Source of the DNA: an uncultured bacterium
GTDB taxonomy: Bacteria; Bacillota_I; Bacilli_A; RFN20; CAG-826
Direction: 5' to 3'
DNA: 64,000 nt
NCBI GenBank assembly: GCA_949288485.1
Contig: CASEKC010000001.1
Span: 71,070 to 135,069, forward strand
Shown here: positions 1-8,741 of the stretch, piece by piece
How the letters are laid out: the number at the start of each line of letters is the position of its first letter
Position numbering within the stretch: position 1 is the first letter of the stretch
Notes under the pieces: model-generated
What the model saw: only the letters and a program-made list of their open reading frames with translations
Told to the model about the DNA's origin: nothing
Database searches by the model: none
Made by a program: the position numbers and the translations under genes

Positions 1-984
1 TTAAATGAATTAATAATAGATTTAAACAAAACAATAAATGAATATAAAAAGTTTAAGAGCATTTATATAGGGGGTGGAACACCCTCTATTTTAAATTGCA
101 ATGATTTAGAATCGATTTTGAAAATTTTAAAAAAAGTAAGGGCTTTTAATTGTGAATTTACAATTGAATGTAATCCAGAAGACATCAATATAGAAAAGTT
201 AAAATTATTTAAAAAATATGGAGTTAATAGAATATCAATCGGTATACAATCTTTTGATAAAAAAATATTGAAAGAAATTAAAAGAGATTATGGAATAGAT
301 TACTATAACTTAATAAGTTTGGTTAAAAAATATATTAAAAATATAAATGTTGACTTAATTTATGGATTTAAAGAACAAACTTTAAATGATTTAGAAGAAG
401 ATTTAAATAAATTTATAAAATTAAATATCAATCATTTATCAATTTATTCTTTAATAGTAGATAAAAATTCTATTTTTCATAATAATGGATATAAAGAACA
501 AAATGAAGATGATTCACGCATTTTCTATGATTATATAGTTTCATTTTTAAGAAAACATGGTTTTAAAAGATATGAAGTTTCTAATTTTGCTAAAAAACAT
601 AAATTTAGTAAGCATAATATGAATTATTGGAAAAATAATGAATATTTAGCATTAGGAATTGGTGCTAGTGGTTATATTGATAACATTCGTTATCGAATTT
701 CTCCTTCGTTTAAAGATTATATAAAAGGCAATAGAATTATAGAAAAAGAAGTTCTTACTAAAGATTTGGTTAAAGAATATTTCTTCATTACAAATTTAAG
801 ATTAGAAGATGGTTTTATGATAAGAAAATTCAATAAAATATTTAAAACGGATTTTTTAATTGATTATAAAGATATTATTTCAGACTTATTAAAAAATGAT
901 CTTGTTAAAATAAAAAATGGTAATTTTTCCTGTACTGATAAAGGCTTAATTATTTTAGATAGAATTTTATTAAAATTTTTATAA
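1..984 (+). CDS. hemW: radical SAM heme chaperone HemW (coproporphyrinogen-III-oxidase-like), 5' partial
   Basis: Frame is open from nt 1 and encodes ...IYIGGGTPSIL..., upstream of the track's Met at 118. HemN/HemW-like C-terminal region. Conserved position ahead of hrcA-grpE-dnaK. Confidence 0.75.
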   Translation, partial: LNELIIDLNKTINEYKKFKSIYIGGGTPSILNCNDLESILKILKKVRAFNCEFTIECNPEDINIEKLKLFKKYGVNRISIGIQSFDKKILKEIKRDYGIDYYNLISLVKKYIKNINVDLIYGFKEQTLNDLEEDLNKFIKLNINHLSIYSLIVDKNSIFHNNGYKEQNEDDSRIFYDYIVSFLRKHGFKRYEVSNFAKKHKFSKHNMNYWKNNEYLALGIGASGYIDNIRYRISPSFKDYIKGNRIIEKEVLTKDLVKEYFFITNLRLEDGFMIRKFNKIFKTDFLIDYKDIISDLLKNDLVKIKNGNFSCTDKGLIILDRILLKFL

Positions 985-987
985 AAA

Positions 988-1014
988 TTAGCACCTTTTT
1001 CTTGACAGTGCTAA
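988..1014. promoter_or_regulatory. CIRCE-like inverted repeat 1 (HrcA operator), TTAGCACCT-N9-CAGTGCTAA
   Basis: Close match to the CIRCE consensus TTAGCACTC-N9-GAGTGCTAA, located directly upstream of hrcA. Confidence 0.7.
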
Positions 1015-1030
1015 TACTTATAATTATTAT
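1003..1030 (+). promoter_or_regulatory. putative sigma-70 promoter, TTGACA-N16-TATTAT, for the hrcA-grpE-dnaK-dnaJ operon
   Basis: -35 TTGACA at 1003-1008 lies inside CIRCE copy 1. TATTAT at 1025-1030. Confidence 0.4.
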
Positions 1031-1034
1031 ATTA

Positions 1035-1061
1035 TTGGCACTTGAAAGAGTATAGTGCTAG
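1035..1061. promoter_or_regulatory. CIRCE-like inverted repeat 2, TTGGCACTT-N9-TAGTGCTAG
   Basis: Second 9-N9-9 inverted repeat with a CIRCE-like half-site (GCAC...GTGC), between the promoter and the hrcA ATG. Confidence 0.5.
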
Positions 1062-1068
1062 TAAGAAT

Positions 1069-2124
1069 ATGGATTTAAATAGAAAGCAAAAAATACTTAA
1101 ACTTATTATTGAAGATTTTGTTAAATATGCTGAACCTGTTGGCTCTGAATATTTAATTAAAAAATACAAACTTCCTTATTCTAGTGCAACCATTAGAAAT
1201 GAAATGGCTGAATTAGAAAAGGATGGTTTGCTTGAAAAAACCCATACTTCAAGTGGTAGAGTCCCATCAACAAAAGGTTATCAATACTATATCGATAATC
1301 TTAGAGCTAAAAAAGTTGATGAGAAATTTAAAAATGAGATTCAAAGTATTTTTTCATCTTCTAAATCGGTTGAAGAAGTTATTAAAGAAAGTTGTGAAAT
1401 TTTATCTTCTATGACTAATTTAACAAGTATTGTTCTAGGTCCAAGTTCATCTGAAGAACGTTTATTAAGTATTCAGCTTATTCCTTTAACTAATAATAGT
1501 TGTTCAGCAATATTTGTTACAGATAAAGGATATGTTGAGAATAAGACATTTATCTTAAAAGACAATGTTTCGATGAAAGATGTAAAGAATTGTCTTGAGA
1601 TGCTTGATAAAAGATTAAAAGGAACGTACGTTAGTGAATTAGTTGATAAATTAGAATCTTTAAAACCTATATTTAAAGATTATATTGATGATTATAATTA
1701 TTTATTCACATCATTAATTAAAACTTTTTATGATTTTGCAAAATCTAGAAGCACAATTTATGGAAAAGAGAACATGCTTGTTCAGCCAGAGTTTAAAGAT
1801 GATGCAGAAGAATTGAAAAAATTGTTTGAACTTTTCTCAAATCCTGATCAATTAAATGATTATATAAAATTCTCAAAAAATGATATTATTGATGCTTCTG
1901 ATGTAAATAGTGATTTAAAGGATTTAACTATTATATCTAAAGATATTGAATCAAACGGAAATTCTTTAGGAAAGATTGCAATTATTGGACCTAAACGAAT
2001 GGATTATGAAAATGTATTGTCTGCACTTGAATATACAATAAATGAATTAATTAAACATTTAGGTGATTACGAAGATATTGAAGACGATGAAGACGGAGGA
2101 AATGGAAATGATGGAAGAGCATAA
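1069..2124 (+). CDS. hrcA: heat-inducible transcription repressor HrcA
   Basis: HrcA-like sequence (winged-helix N-terminus, LSxxQ...). Start moved to the ATG at 1069 so that the CIRCE repeats lie in the leader. Canonical position before grpE. Confidence 0.9.
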   Translation: MDLNRKQKILKLIIEDFVKYAEPVGSEYLIKKYKLPYSSATIRNEMAELEKDGLLEKTHTSSGRVPSTKGYQYYIDNLRAKKVDEKFKNEIQSIFSSSKSVEEVIKESCEILSSMTNLTSIVLGPSSSEERLLSIQLIPLTNNSCSAIFVTDKGYVENKTFILKDNVSMKDVKNCLEMLDKRLKGTYVSELVDKLESLKPIFKDYIDDYNYLFTSLIKTFYDFAKSRSTIYGKENMLVQPEFKDDAEELKKLFELFSNPDQLNDYIKFSKNDIIDASDVNSDLKDLTIISKDIESNGNSLGKIAIIGPKRMDYENVLSALEYTINELIKHLGDYEDIEDDEDGGNGNDGRA

Positions 2125-2866
2125 AGAAGGTTGTTGCTGTCACAATCACGATGAATCTTGTGGATGTGAACATAACAATGAACATAAGCACGATGAATGT
2201 GGATGTGAACACAATCATGAGTCATGTGGATGTCAACATCATCATGATGAAGAAAATTGTGAATGTGGCCATAAACATGAAGAAAAATATTGCTGTGAAA
2301 ATGAAAAAGAAAATGAAGAACCATTAGATATGAAAGCTTCATATAAGAGAAAATTAGCAAAAAAAGATGATGAAATATCTAAATTAAAAAACGATGTTGA
2401 ACATTGGAAAAATGAATATTATCGTGTTTATGCTGATATGGCTAATCTTAGAAAAGATATTCAAAAAGACCATAGTGAAGCTATTAAATATCGTTTAGAA
2501 GGATTCGTTTCCGATTTAGTAAGTGTTTTAGATTCATTCGAAATCGCTTTAAAACATGATCCTAAAACTGAAGAAACAAAAAACTTCTTAATGGGATTTA
2601 AATTTGTACATTCTAATTTATTAAATATTTTATCAAATGAGGGTATCCAAATTATTGAACCTAAAGTTGACGATAAGTTTGATGAAAAAGTAATGCAAGC
2701 TGTTGAAAAGGTTCAAGATGATGGAGAAGAAAATTTAGTAAAAGAAATTATTTTAAAAGGTTATAAACTTCACGATCATTTAGTTAGACCAGCAATGGTA
2801 AAAGTAAGTGCTCACGAAGTAGAAAATAAAAATGAAGAAAACGGCGAAAGCCATCAAGATAAATAA
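2108..2866 (+). CDS. grpE: nucleotide exchange factor GrpE with a Cys/His-rich N-terminal extension
   Basis: C-terminal 180 aa is canonical GrpE (coiled coil plus beta domain). RBS GGAGGA at 2095-2100. Start could be 2102, 2108 or 2111. Overlaps the hrcA stop. Confidence 0.9.
   Translation: MMEEHKEGCCCHNHDESCGCEHNNEHKHDECGCEHNHESCGCQHHHDEENCECGHKHEEKYCCENEKENEEPLDMKASYKRKLAKKDDEISKLKNDVEHWKNEYYRVYADMANLRKDIQKDHSEAIKYRLEGFVSDLVSVLDSFEIALKHDPKTEETKNFLMGFKFVHSNLLNILSNEGIQIIEPKVDDKFDEKVMQAVEKVQDDGEENLVKEIILKGYKLHDHLVRPAMVKVSAHEVENKNEENGESHQDK
2120..2300 (+). repeat. tandem ~33-36 nt coding repeats (gaatSttgtggatgtgaacaYaaY...) encoding CGCEHN(H/N)E-type Cys/His motifs
   Basis: Direct nucleotide-level repeat visible in the grpE 5' region. 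Protein segment: EGCCCHNHDESCGCEHNNEHKHDECGCEHNHESCGCQHHHDEENCECGHKHEEKYCCEN. Confidence 0.6.
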
Positions 2867-2888
2867 ATTTAGGAGGAAATAATATTTT

Positions 2889-4751
2889 ATGGCAAAAGAA
2901 ATTATTTTAGGTATCGATTTAGGTACTACAAACTCAGTTGTTTCTTATTTACAAAGCGATGGAACTGTTAAAGTTATTCCAAACCCAGAAGGAACAATGA
3001 CAACTCCATCAGTTGTTGGATTTAAAGCAAAAGGTGAAGAAATTGTTGGTAATGCTGCAAAAAGACAAGCTATTACAAACCCAGATACTATTTCATCAAT
3101 TAAAAGAAAAATGGGAACTGATGAAAAAGTTCATATCAATTGTTTAAATAAAGATTTCACACCACAAGAAATTAGTGCAAAAGTTCTTGCTTATATGAAA
3201 TCTTATGCAGAAAAAAATATTGGTCATGAAGTTAAAAAAGCAGTTATTACAGTTCCAGCTTATTTTAATGATTCACAAAGACAAGCAACAAAAGATGCTG
3301 GTACAATTGCAGGACTTGATGTTGTAAGAATTATTAACGAACCAACAGCTGCTGCATTAGCTTATGGTTTAGGCAAAGATAAGAGCGAAAAAATTTGTGT
3401 CTTCGACCTTGGCGGTGGCACACTCGATGTTTCAATTCTTGACATTGGGGACGGAACATTTGAAGTCGTTTCTACATCTGGCGATAATAAACTCGGTGGT
3501 GATGACTGGGATAATGTCGTTGCTGATTGGATTAAAGCTCAAATTAAAATTCAACATGGTGTAGATATTAATGACAACATGGCATTACAAAGATATAAAG
3601 ATGCTGCTGAAAAAGCAAAAATCGAATTATCTTCTAACTTAGAAACTACAATTTCATTACCATTTATTGGTATGGGTTCTAATGGTCCTATTTCTTTTGA
3701 AACAACACTTTCAAGAGCTAAATTCCAAGAATTAACTAAACATTTACTCGATAGATGTGTTGCACCACTTGAAAATGCTATTCGTGATGCTAAATTAACA
3801 TATAACGATATTGACGAAGTATTATTAATTGGCGGTTCAATTAGAATGCCAGCTGTCCAAGAATTAGTTACTAGAATTACTGGTAAAAAATTAAATCTTT
3901 CTGTTAACCCAGATGAAGCTGTTTCTATTGGTGCAGCTTTCCAAGGTGGTATTTTAAGTGGTGATGTTAAAGACGTTATTCTTCTTGATGTTACACCTTT
4001 AACATTAGGTATTGAAACTATGGGCGGTGTTATGACTCCATTAATTCCACGCAACACAACTATTCCTACAACAAAATCACAAATTTTCTCTACAGCTGCT
4101 GATAACCAACCTGCTGTTGATATTATGGTTTATCAAGGTGAAAGACCAATGGCACACGATAATAAATTACTTGGTCACTTCGCTTTAACTGGAATTAAAC
4201 CAGCTCCAAGAGGAACTCCACGTATTGAAGTTACATTCAATATTGATGTTAACGGTATTGTTAAAGTTAGTGCTAAAGATTTAGATACACAAAAAGAACA
4301 AGAAATTACTATTTCTGGATCTAATGGATTATCTAAAGAAGAAATCGATAGAATGGTTAGAGAAGCTGAAGCTAATAAAGAAGCTGATGAAAAGAGAAAA
4401 GAAGATGTCGAAGTTAAAAATAAAGCTGAGTCCTTTATTGCTGAAATCGATAACGCTTTAAGAGAAAAAGGTGATTCTCTTGATCCAAAACAAAAAGAAG
4501 AAACTCAAAAATTAAGAGATGAATTAAAAACGGCTTTAGATAACAATGATATCAACACACTTAAAAATAGATTAAGTGAACTTGAAAAAGTAGCTGCTTA
4601 TATGCAACAAGCTCAAGCAAATCCAAATGCTCAAGCTAATACTTCTAATGAGCAACCAAATAGCCAAGATACATCTTCAAGTGAATCTAGCGATAACTCA
4701 TCAACTAAAAAAGATGATGATGTAATCGATGCAGATTTCACTGATAAATAA
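2889..4751 (+). CDS. dnaK: molecular chaperone DnaK (Hsp70)
   Basis: [16 protein letters not shown] and the EEVD-less acidic C-terminus. RBS AGGAGG at 2871-2876. Confidence 0.97.
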   Translation: MAKEIILGIDLGTTNSVVSYLQSDGTVKVIPNPEGTMTTPSVVGFKAKGEEIVGNAAKRQAITNPDTISSIKRKMGTDEKVHINCLNKDFTPQEISAKVLAYMKSYAEKNIGHEVKKAVITVPAYFNDSQRQATKDAGTIAGLDVVRIINEPTAAALAYGLGKDKSEKICVFDLGGGTLDVSILDIGDGTFEVVSTSGDNKLGGDDWDNVVADWIKAQIKIQHGVDINDNMALQRYKDAAEKAKIELSSNLETTISLPFIGMGSNGPISFETTLSRAKFQELTKHLLDRCVAPLENAIRDAKLTYNDIDEVLLIGGSIRMPAVQELVTRITGKKLNLSVNPDEAVSIGAAFQGGILSGDVKDVILLDVTPLTLGIETMGGVMTPLIPRNTTIPTTKSQIFSTAADNQPAVDIMVYQGERPMAHDNKLLGHFALTGIKPAPRGTPRIEVTFNIDVNGIVKVSAKDLDTQKEQEITISGSNGLSKEEIDRMVREAEANKEADEKRKEDVEVKNKAESFIAEIDNALREKGDSLDPKQKEETQKLRDELKTALDNNDINTLKNRLSELEKVAAYMQQAQANPNAQANTSNEQPNSQDTSSSESSDNSSTKKDDDVIDADFTDK

Positions 4752-4757
4752 TAATTA

Positions 4758-4780
4758 AAGGGAAGTTAATTCTTCCCTTT
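4758..4780 (+). terminator. intergenic hairpin AAGGGAAG-ttaa-TTCTTCCCTT between dnaK and dnaJ (attenuator or partial terminator)
   Basis: Perfect 8-bp GC-containing stem, but only a short T tract follows. Confidence 0.4.
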
Positions 4781-4809
4781 AGTTGTCTAATAAAAGGGAG
4801 GAGAGATGT

Positions 4810-5958
4810 ATGGCTGCTAGTAAAAGAGATTATTATGAAGTTTTAGGTGTTAATAAAACTGCATCTCAAGATGAAATAAAAAGTGCTTATCGTAAATTAG
4901 CAAAAAAATATCATCCAGATAATAAAGAAACTGGAGATGCTGATAAATTTAAAGAAGCTACTGAAGCTTATTCTGTTTTAAGTGATGAATCAAAACGTAG
5001 AACATATGACCAATTTGGTCAAGCTGCTTTTGATCAAGCTAGTGGTGGTCAAAATCCATTCGCTGGAAGTGGTTTTGAAGGATTTAATTTTGGCGGCGGA
5101 GATTTTGATGATTTAAACGATATCTTATCAAGAATGTTTGGTGGTTTCGGAGGAACGTCTTCAAGAAGAAGTGCTTCTGGTTCATATAGAGGTGAAGATA
5201 CATTAATGCGTATTCGTATTAATTTTATGGATGCGGTTAATGGTAAAAAAGTTACTATACCAGTAAGTTATGATGAAAAATGTAAAGATTGTAATGGAAC
5301 TGGTGCTAAAAATGGTAATGAATTTGATAAATGTCCACATTGTAATGGTCGAGGAAGAGTGGTAAGACAAACTCAAACTTTCTTTGGAACAATGCAATCT
5401 GAAAGTGCTTGTCCTTATTGTGGGGGAAGTGGAAAATTAATCAAAACTAAATGTCCTACATGTGGAGGAAAAGGTTATACCCGCGTTAAAAAAGATATTG
5501 AAATTAATATTCCTGCCGGTATTCAATCTGGTCAACAAATTCGTGTTGCTGGAAAAGGCGGAAGAGGTATAAATGGCGGAGATAATGGAGATTTATATAT
5601 CGAAGTTATAGTAAGCGAACATAATTATTTCAAAAGAGATGGAAATAATGTTCATATTACAATTCCACTCGATTTTATTGATGCTGCATTAGGTATTACA
5701 ATTACAATTCCAACAGTTTATGGAGAGGTAGATTTAAAAATACCTAGTGGAACTCAACCAGATAGCGTCTTTAGATTGAAAGATAAAGGCATTAAGGAAT
5801 TAAGAGGAAACGGATATGGTGATGAATTTGTTCACGTTGAAGTTAAAATTCCTACCTATTTAAATAAAGATCAAAAGAAAGCTTTGGAAGAATATAAACA
5901 CGCAACATCTAAAGGTGATTCATTCTTTGATAAATTCATGAAAAATTTTAAAAAATAA
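4810..5958 (+). CDS. dnaJ: molecular chaperone DnaJ
   Basis: J domain with HPD, a G/F-rich region and four CxxCxGxG zinc-finger repeats. RBS AAGGGAGGAG at 4795-4804. Start at the ATG 4810 ([11 protein letters not shown]). Confidence 0.95.
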   Translation: MAASKRDYYEVLGVNKTASQDEIKSAYRKLAKKYHPDNKETGDADKFKEATEAYSVLSDESKRRTYDQFGQAAFDQASGGQNPFAGSGFEGFNFGGGDFDDLNDILSRMFGGFGGTSSRRSASGSYRGEDTLMRIRINFMDAVNGKKVTIPVSYDEKCKDCNGTGAKNGNEFDKCPHCNGRGRVVRQTQTFFGTMQSESACPYCGGSGKLIKTKCPTCGGKGYTRVKKDIEINIPAGIQSGQQIRVAGKGGRGINGGDNGDLYIEVIVSEHNYFKRDGNNVHITIPLDFIDAALGITITIPTVYGEVDLKIPSGTQPDSVFRLKDKGIKELRGNGYGDEFVHVEVKIPTYLNKDQKKALEEYKHATSKGDSFFDKFMKNFKK

Positions 5959-5975
5959 TAAAATGAATCTATAAT

Positions 5976-6006
5976 AAAACTAGTTTTCAATTAAAACTAG
6001 TTTTTT
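5976..6006 (+). terminator. rho-independent terminator: two copies of the palindrome AAAACTAGTTTT followed by a T tract
   Basis: aaaactagttttcaattaaaactagtttttt lies immediately after dnaJ. Confidence 0.55.
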
Positions 6007-6012
6007 GTTTAT

Positions 6013-6825
6013 ATGGATAAAAAATATTATTGTATCGGGATTTTTTTAGGTGATTCTATTGGATCACTTTATGAGAATAAATTGTGTTTGAATAAAGAAG
6101 AAATTTATCCTCTTTTTAAAGAAGATTTAAATTCATTAAGTGATGATTCAATACTTTCTTTAGCAACTATCGATTATTTATTACATTCTATTATTAAAGA
6201 TGATTATTATTTATATTTAAAAAAACGGTATAACCTTTATCCAAATTCACGTTATGGATTAATGTTTGAAAAGCGGTCTAAATCAAATAAAATTGATGGA
6301 TATTTTTCTAAAGGTAATGGAGCTTTAATGAGGATATCACCTATTGTTTATTATTTTAATGATTTAGAGACTATAAAATCTGAAACAATTAAAAATGTTT
6401 CAACAACCCATAATAGTGATGAAGCAATTTTATCTTCTTTAATTTATGTAGAAGTGATGTTTTTATTAAAAAATAAACATACTAAACAAGATATAAAAGA
6501 TTATTTAAAAGAAAAATATCAAATCAATCCATCTAAAATTAAATTAAATAAAGATAGTCTTTTTGCTTTTGATACGCTTTTAAATTGTTTATATTTCTTT
6601 TTTAATTCCAATGATATAAAAGAAATTATTGAAAATATAATTACTTTTAATGGAGATACTGATACAATTTTAGGAATAACTTTAACTATGGGTGAATTTT
6701 ATTATAAAATAGATAAAGAGTTGATAGATATTCTATTTAATAAATTACTTAAAAAGGATTTAATAATATTTAAACTTATAAATGAATTTAATGAATATTT
6801 GATAAAAAAAGAAAGTAGAGATTAA
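6013..6825 (+). CDS. ADP-ribosylglycohydrolase (ARH/DraG) family protein, short form
   Basis: N-terminal GxxxGDSIG, an SDDS (TDDT-like) segment and the C-terminal GDTDT motif that is characteristic of the ARH family. Not part of the canonical dnaK operon. Confidence 0.55.
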   Translation: MDKKYYCIGIFLGDSIGSLYENKLCLNKEEIYPLFKEDLNSLSDDSILSLATIDYLLHSIIKDDYYLYLKKRYNLYPNSRYGLMFEKRSKSNKIDGYFSKGNGALMRISPIVYYFNDLETIKSETIKNVSTTHNSDEAILSSLIYVEVMFLLKNKHTKQDIKDYLKEKYQINPSKIKLNKDSLFAFDTLLNCLYFFFNSNDIKEIIENIITFNGDTDTILGITLTMGEFYYKIDKELIDILFNKLLKKDLIIFKLINEFNEYLIKKESRD

Positions 6826-6826
6826 A

Positions 6827-7267
6827 ATGTTAAAATGTAGAAATTGTGGTCAAAAATTAACGAAATTTCATAAAGAAATGTGCCCTTATTGTGGAATTAA
6901 AAATCCGATTGAAGATTTTACTGATTCTTCTGATACTACACAAGCAATCGACAAAATTAAAGAAGAAGAATTAGTTTTTAATGAAAAAAGTTATCGTAAT
7001 TACACGCTTTTTTCATTATTTTTAGGTATTTTTAGTGTTGATTTATTTTATTTAGGATTTAAAACATTAGCATTAATGCGTTTATTAATTAATTTTGGTA
7101 TATGGTTAGTTTCATTTTTAACAATATTTTTAATTAATAATGATTTACTTATCGTTTCAATTTTTGCGCCTTTAGGTGTTTTATATCTTTTATATTTCTT
7201 TTATGGTTTATTTAAACTTATAAAAAGAAATCATATTAAAGATAAAAATGGAGTTTATTTAAAATAA
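6827..7267 (+). CDS. zinc-ribbon (CxxC...CxxC) plus TM2-domain-like membrane protein
   Basis: N-terminal CRNCG...CPYCG. C-terminal LFLGIFSVDLFYLGFKTLALMRLL resembles the TM2-domain consensus (GxxGxhRFYLG). Two to three TM helices. Confidence 0.45.
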   Translation: MLKCRNCGQKLTKFHKEMCPYCGIKNPIEDFTDSSDTTQAIDKIKEEELVFNEKSYRNYTLFSLFLGIFSVDLFYLGFKTLALMRLLINFGIWLVSFLTIFLINNDLLIVSIFAPLGVLYLLYFFYGLFKLIKRNHIKDKNGVYLK

Positions 7268-7977
7268 TGCAAAGATATTTTTTAAAAAAGGAAAATAATT
7301 ATTCATTAACTAACGATGATATTTTTCATATTCTTAAAGTTATGAGAATGAAAATTTTTGATACTTTTGAAATTGTTAATGATAAAGGTGTTTTTTTAGT
7401 TAAAATTACATCAATTACACCATTTTTATACGATTTTGTAAAAGAAATTGAAGAAAATAATGAATTAAATGGATATATTCGTTTACTTTATTGCATACCA
7501 AAAGGTGAAAAAATAGATCTTGTTATACAAAAAGCAGTTGAGTTAGGTGTTAATGAAATTGTTTTAATTAATTCTTCCCGCTCAATTGCTAAAATCGATA
7601 ATAAAAATAAGGCCAAAAAATTCGAAAGATTTTCAAAAATTATCAAAGAAGCGAGTGAACAATCTAAAAGAGATAAATTATTAAAATTGGATGAAGTTAT
7701 TGATTTTAAAGAAATAAATAAATATAAAGCTGATTTTTCTTTCATTGCTTTTGAAAACGAATCAAAAAACGATGAAATTAAAATTTTATCATATTTGAAT
7801 AATCTTAAAGGAAAATGTGTTAATATTTTAATTGGCCCTGAGGGTGGTTTTAGTATGGAAGAAGTTGAATATGCTAAAATTAATGGATTTATCTTAACAT
7901 CTTTAGGAAAAAGAATTTTAAGAAGTGAAACAGCCTGCTTCTCATTAATTTCTTTATTAAGTTATTTTATGAATTAA
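7267..7977 (+). CDS. rsmE: 16S rRNA (uracil1498-N3)-methyltransferase RsmE
   Basis: RsmE family signature (ELGV...GPEGGFS). Conserved position after dnaJ, as B. subtilis yqeU. Confidence 0.8.
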   Translation: MQRYFLKKENNYSLTNDDIFHILKVMRMKIFDTFEIVNDKGVFLVKITSITPFLYDFVKEIEENNELNGYIRLLYCIPKGEKIDLVIQKAVELGVNEIVLINSSRSIAKIDNKNKAKKFERFSKIIKEASEQSKRDKLLKLDEVIDFKEINKYKADFSFIAFENESKNDEIKILSYLNNLKGKCVNILIGPEGGFSMEEVEYAKINGFILTSLGKRILRSETACFSLISLLSYFMN

Positions 7978-7982
7978 AAAAT

Positions 7983-8741
7983 ATGAAATTATACGAATAT
8001 TTATATTTACAAAGAAATAAAAAATTTTTCAATAATAGCGAAGAATTTATCTTTTTTAGAAATTATAAGAGAGTTTTAGAAAACGAACCTTCCTTTTTAA
8101 TTTATGCTGATAATGAAGATTTGTTTGATATCATTAAAGCAAATATCATTATAAAAGGTATTATTAATAAAAATACTTTAGAGCAAATTATAGAAGAAGA
8201 ATTTTTGAATAAGAATTTTAATACCAACGAAGAAATTATTGAAAATATAAGAGAAAGAAGTTTGGATTTACCTTATTTAAAGGTCGAAGATCAAAAAATA
8301 TTTATCCCATTTTTCAATCGTTCAACTAATTTAGTTTATTCGAAAAATTATGAAGAAATTATGAATGAACCTTATCTTGATTTAAGGAAAAAATTCGCTC
8401 CTTTCATAGTAAATCCTTTTGAAACATATCAAATTGATTTATTTGACTCACTTTTTACAAAATTTGTTAGAGTAATGGAAGATGAAACGTCTGTCGCTTT
8501 TTATCATTATGATTTAAGAACAATTTTTATTATTAATAAGCAAGGTTATCTCGATAATTATATATGTCTTTTTGATAAACACTTAAAAAATCCATCAGAA
8601 GATCGAATTATTGATAGAATAAAATTAGTTATTAAGGAGTATTATGATAATAACTTAACAGGTTTTTTATATTCAATGTATGAAAATAATTTAATAAGTT
8701 ATTATGTTTATAGAAGATTATGCAAATGGAAAAAGATTTAA
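7983..8741 (+). CDS. hypothetical protein (252 aa), lineage-specific
   Basis: Long ORF in coding-dense context with no recognisable motif. Inserted between rsmE and mtaB, which are adjacent in Bacillus. Confidence 0.4.
   Translation: MKLYEYLYLQRNKKFFNNSEEFIFFRNYKRVLENEPSFLIYADNEDLFDIIKANIIIKGIINKNTLEQIIEEEFLNKNFNTNEEIIENIRERSLDLPYLKVEDQKIFIPFFNRSTNLVYSKNYEEIMNEPYLDLRKKFAPFIVNPFETYQIDLFDSLFTKFVRVMEDETSVAFYHYDLRTIFIINKQGYLDNYICLFDKHLKNPSEDRIIDRIKLVIKEYYDNNLTGFLYSMYENNLISYYVYRRLCKWKKI

Noticed and set aside
1223-1414. 63-aa ORF in an alternate frame inside hrcA
   Set aside because: Embedded in hrcA with no start context.
2067-2360. 97-aa antisense ORF opposite the grpE Cys/His repeat region
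   Set aside because: It is the mirror image of a coding repeat. Its H/V/I-rich composition is an artefact of reading the GAA/CAT-rich repeats on the other strand.
3551-4057. 168-aa antisense ORF inside dnaK
   Set aside because: It lies wholly within the strongly supported dnaK frame on the opposite strand and has no SD. Antisense ORFs of this kind are expected at this size.
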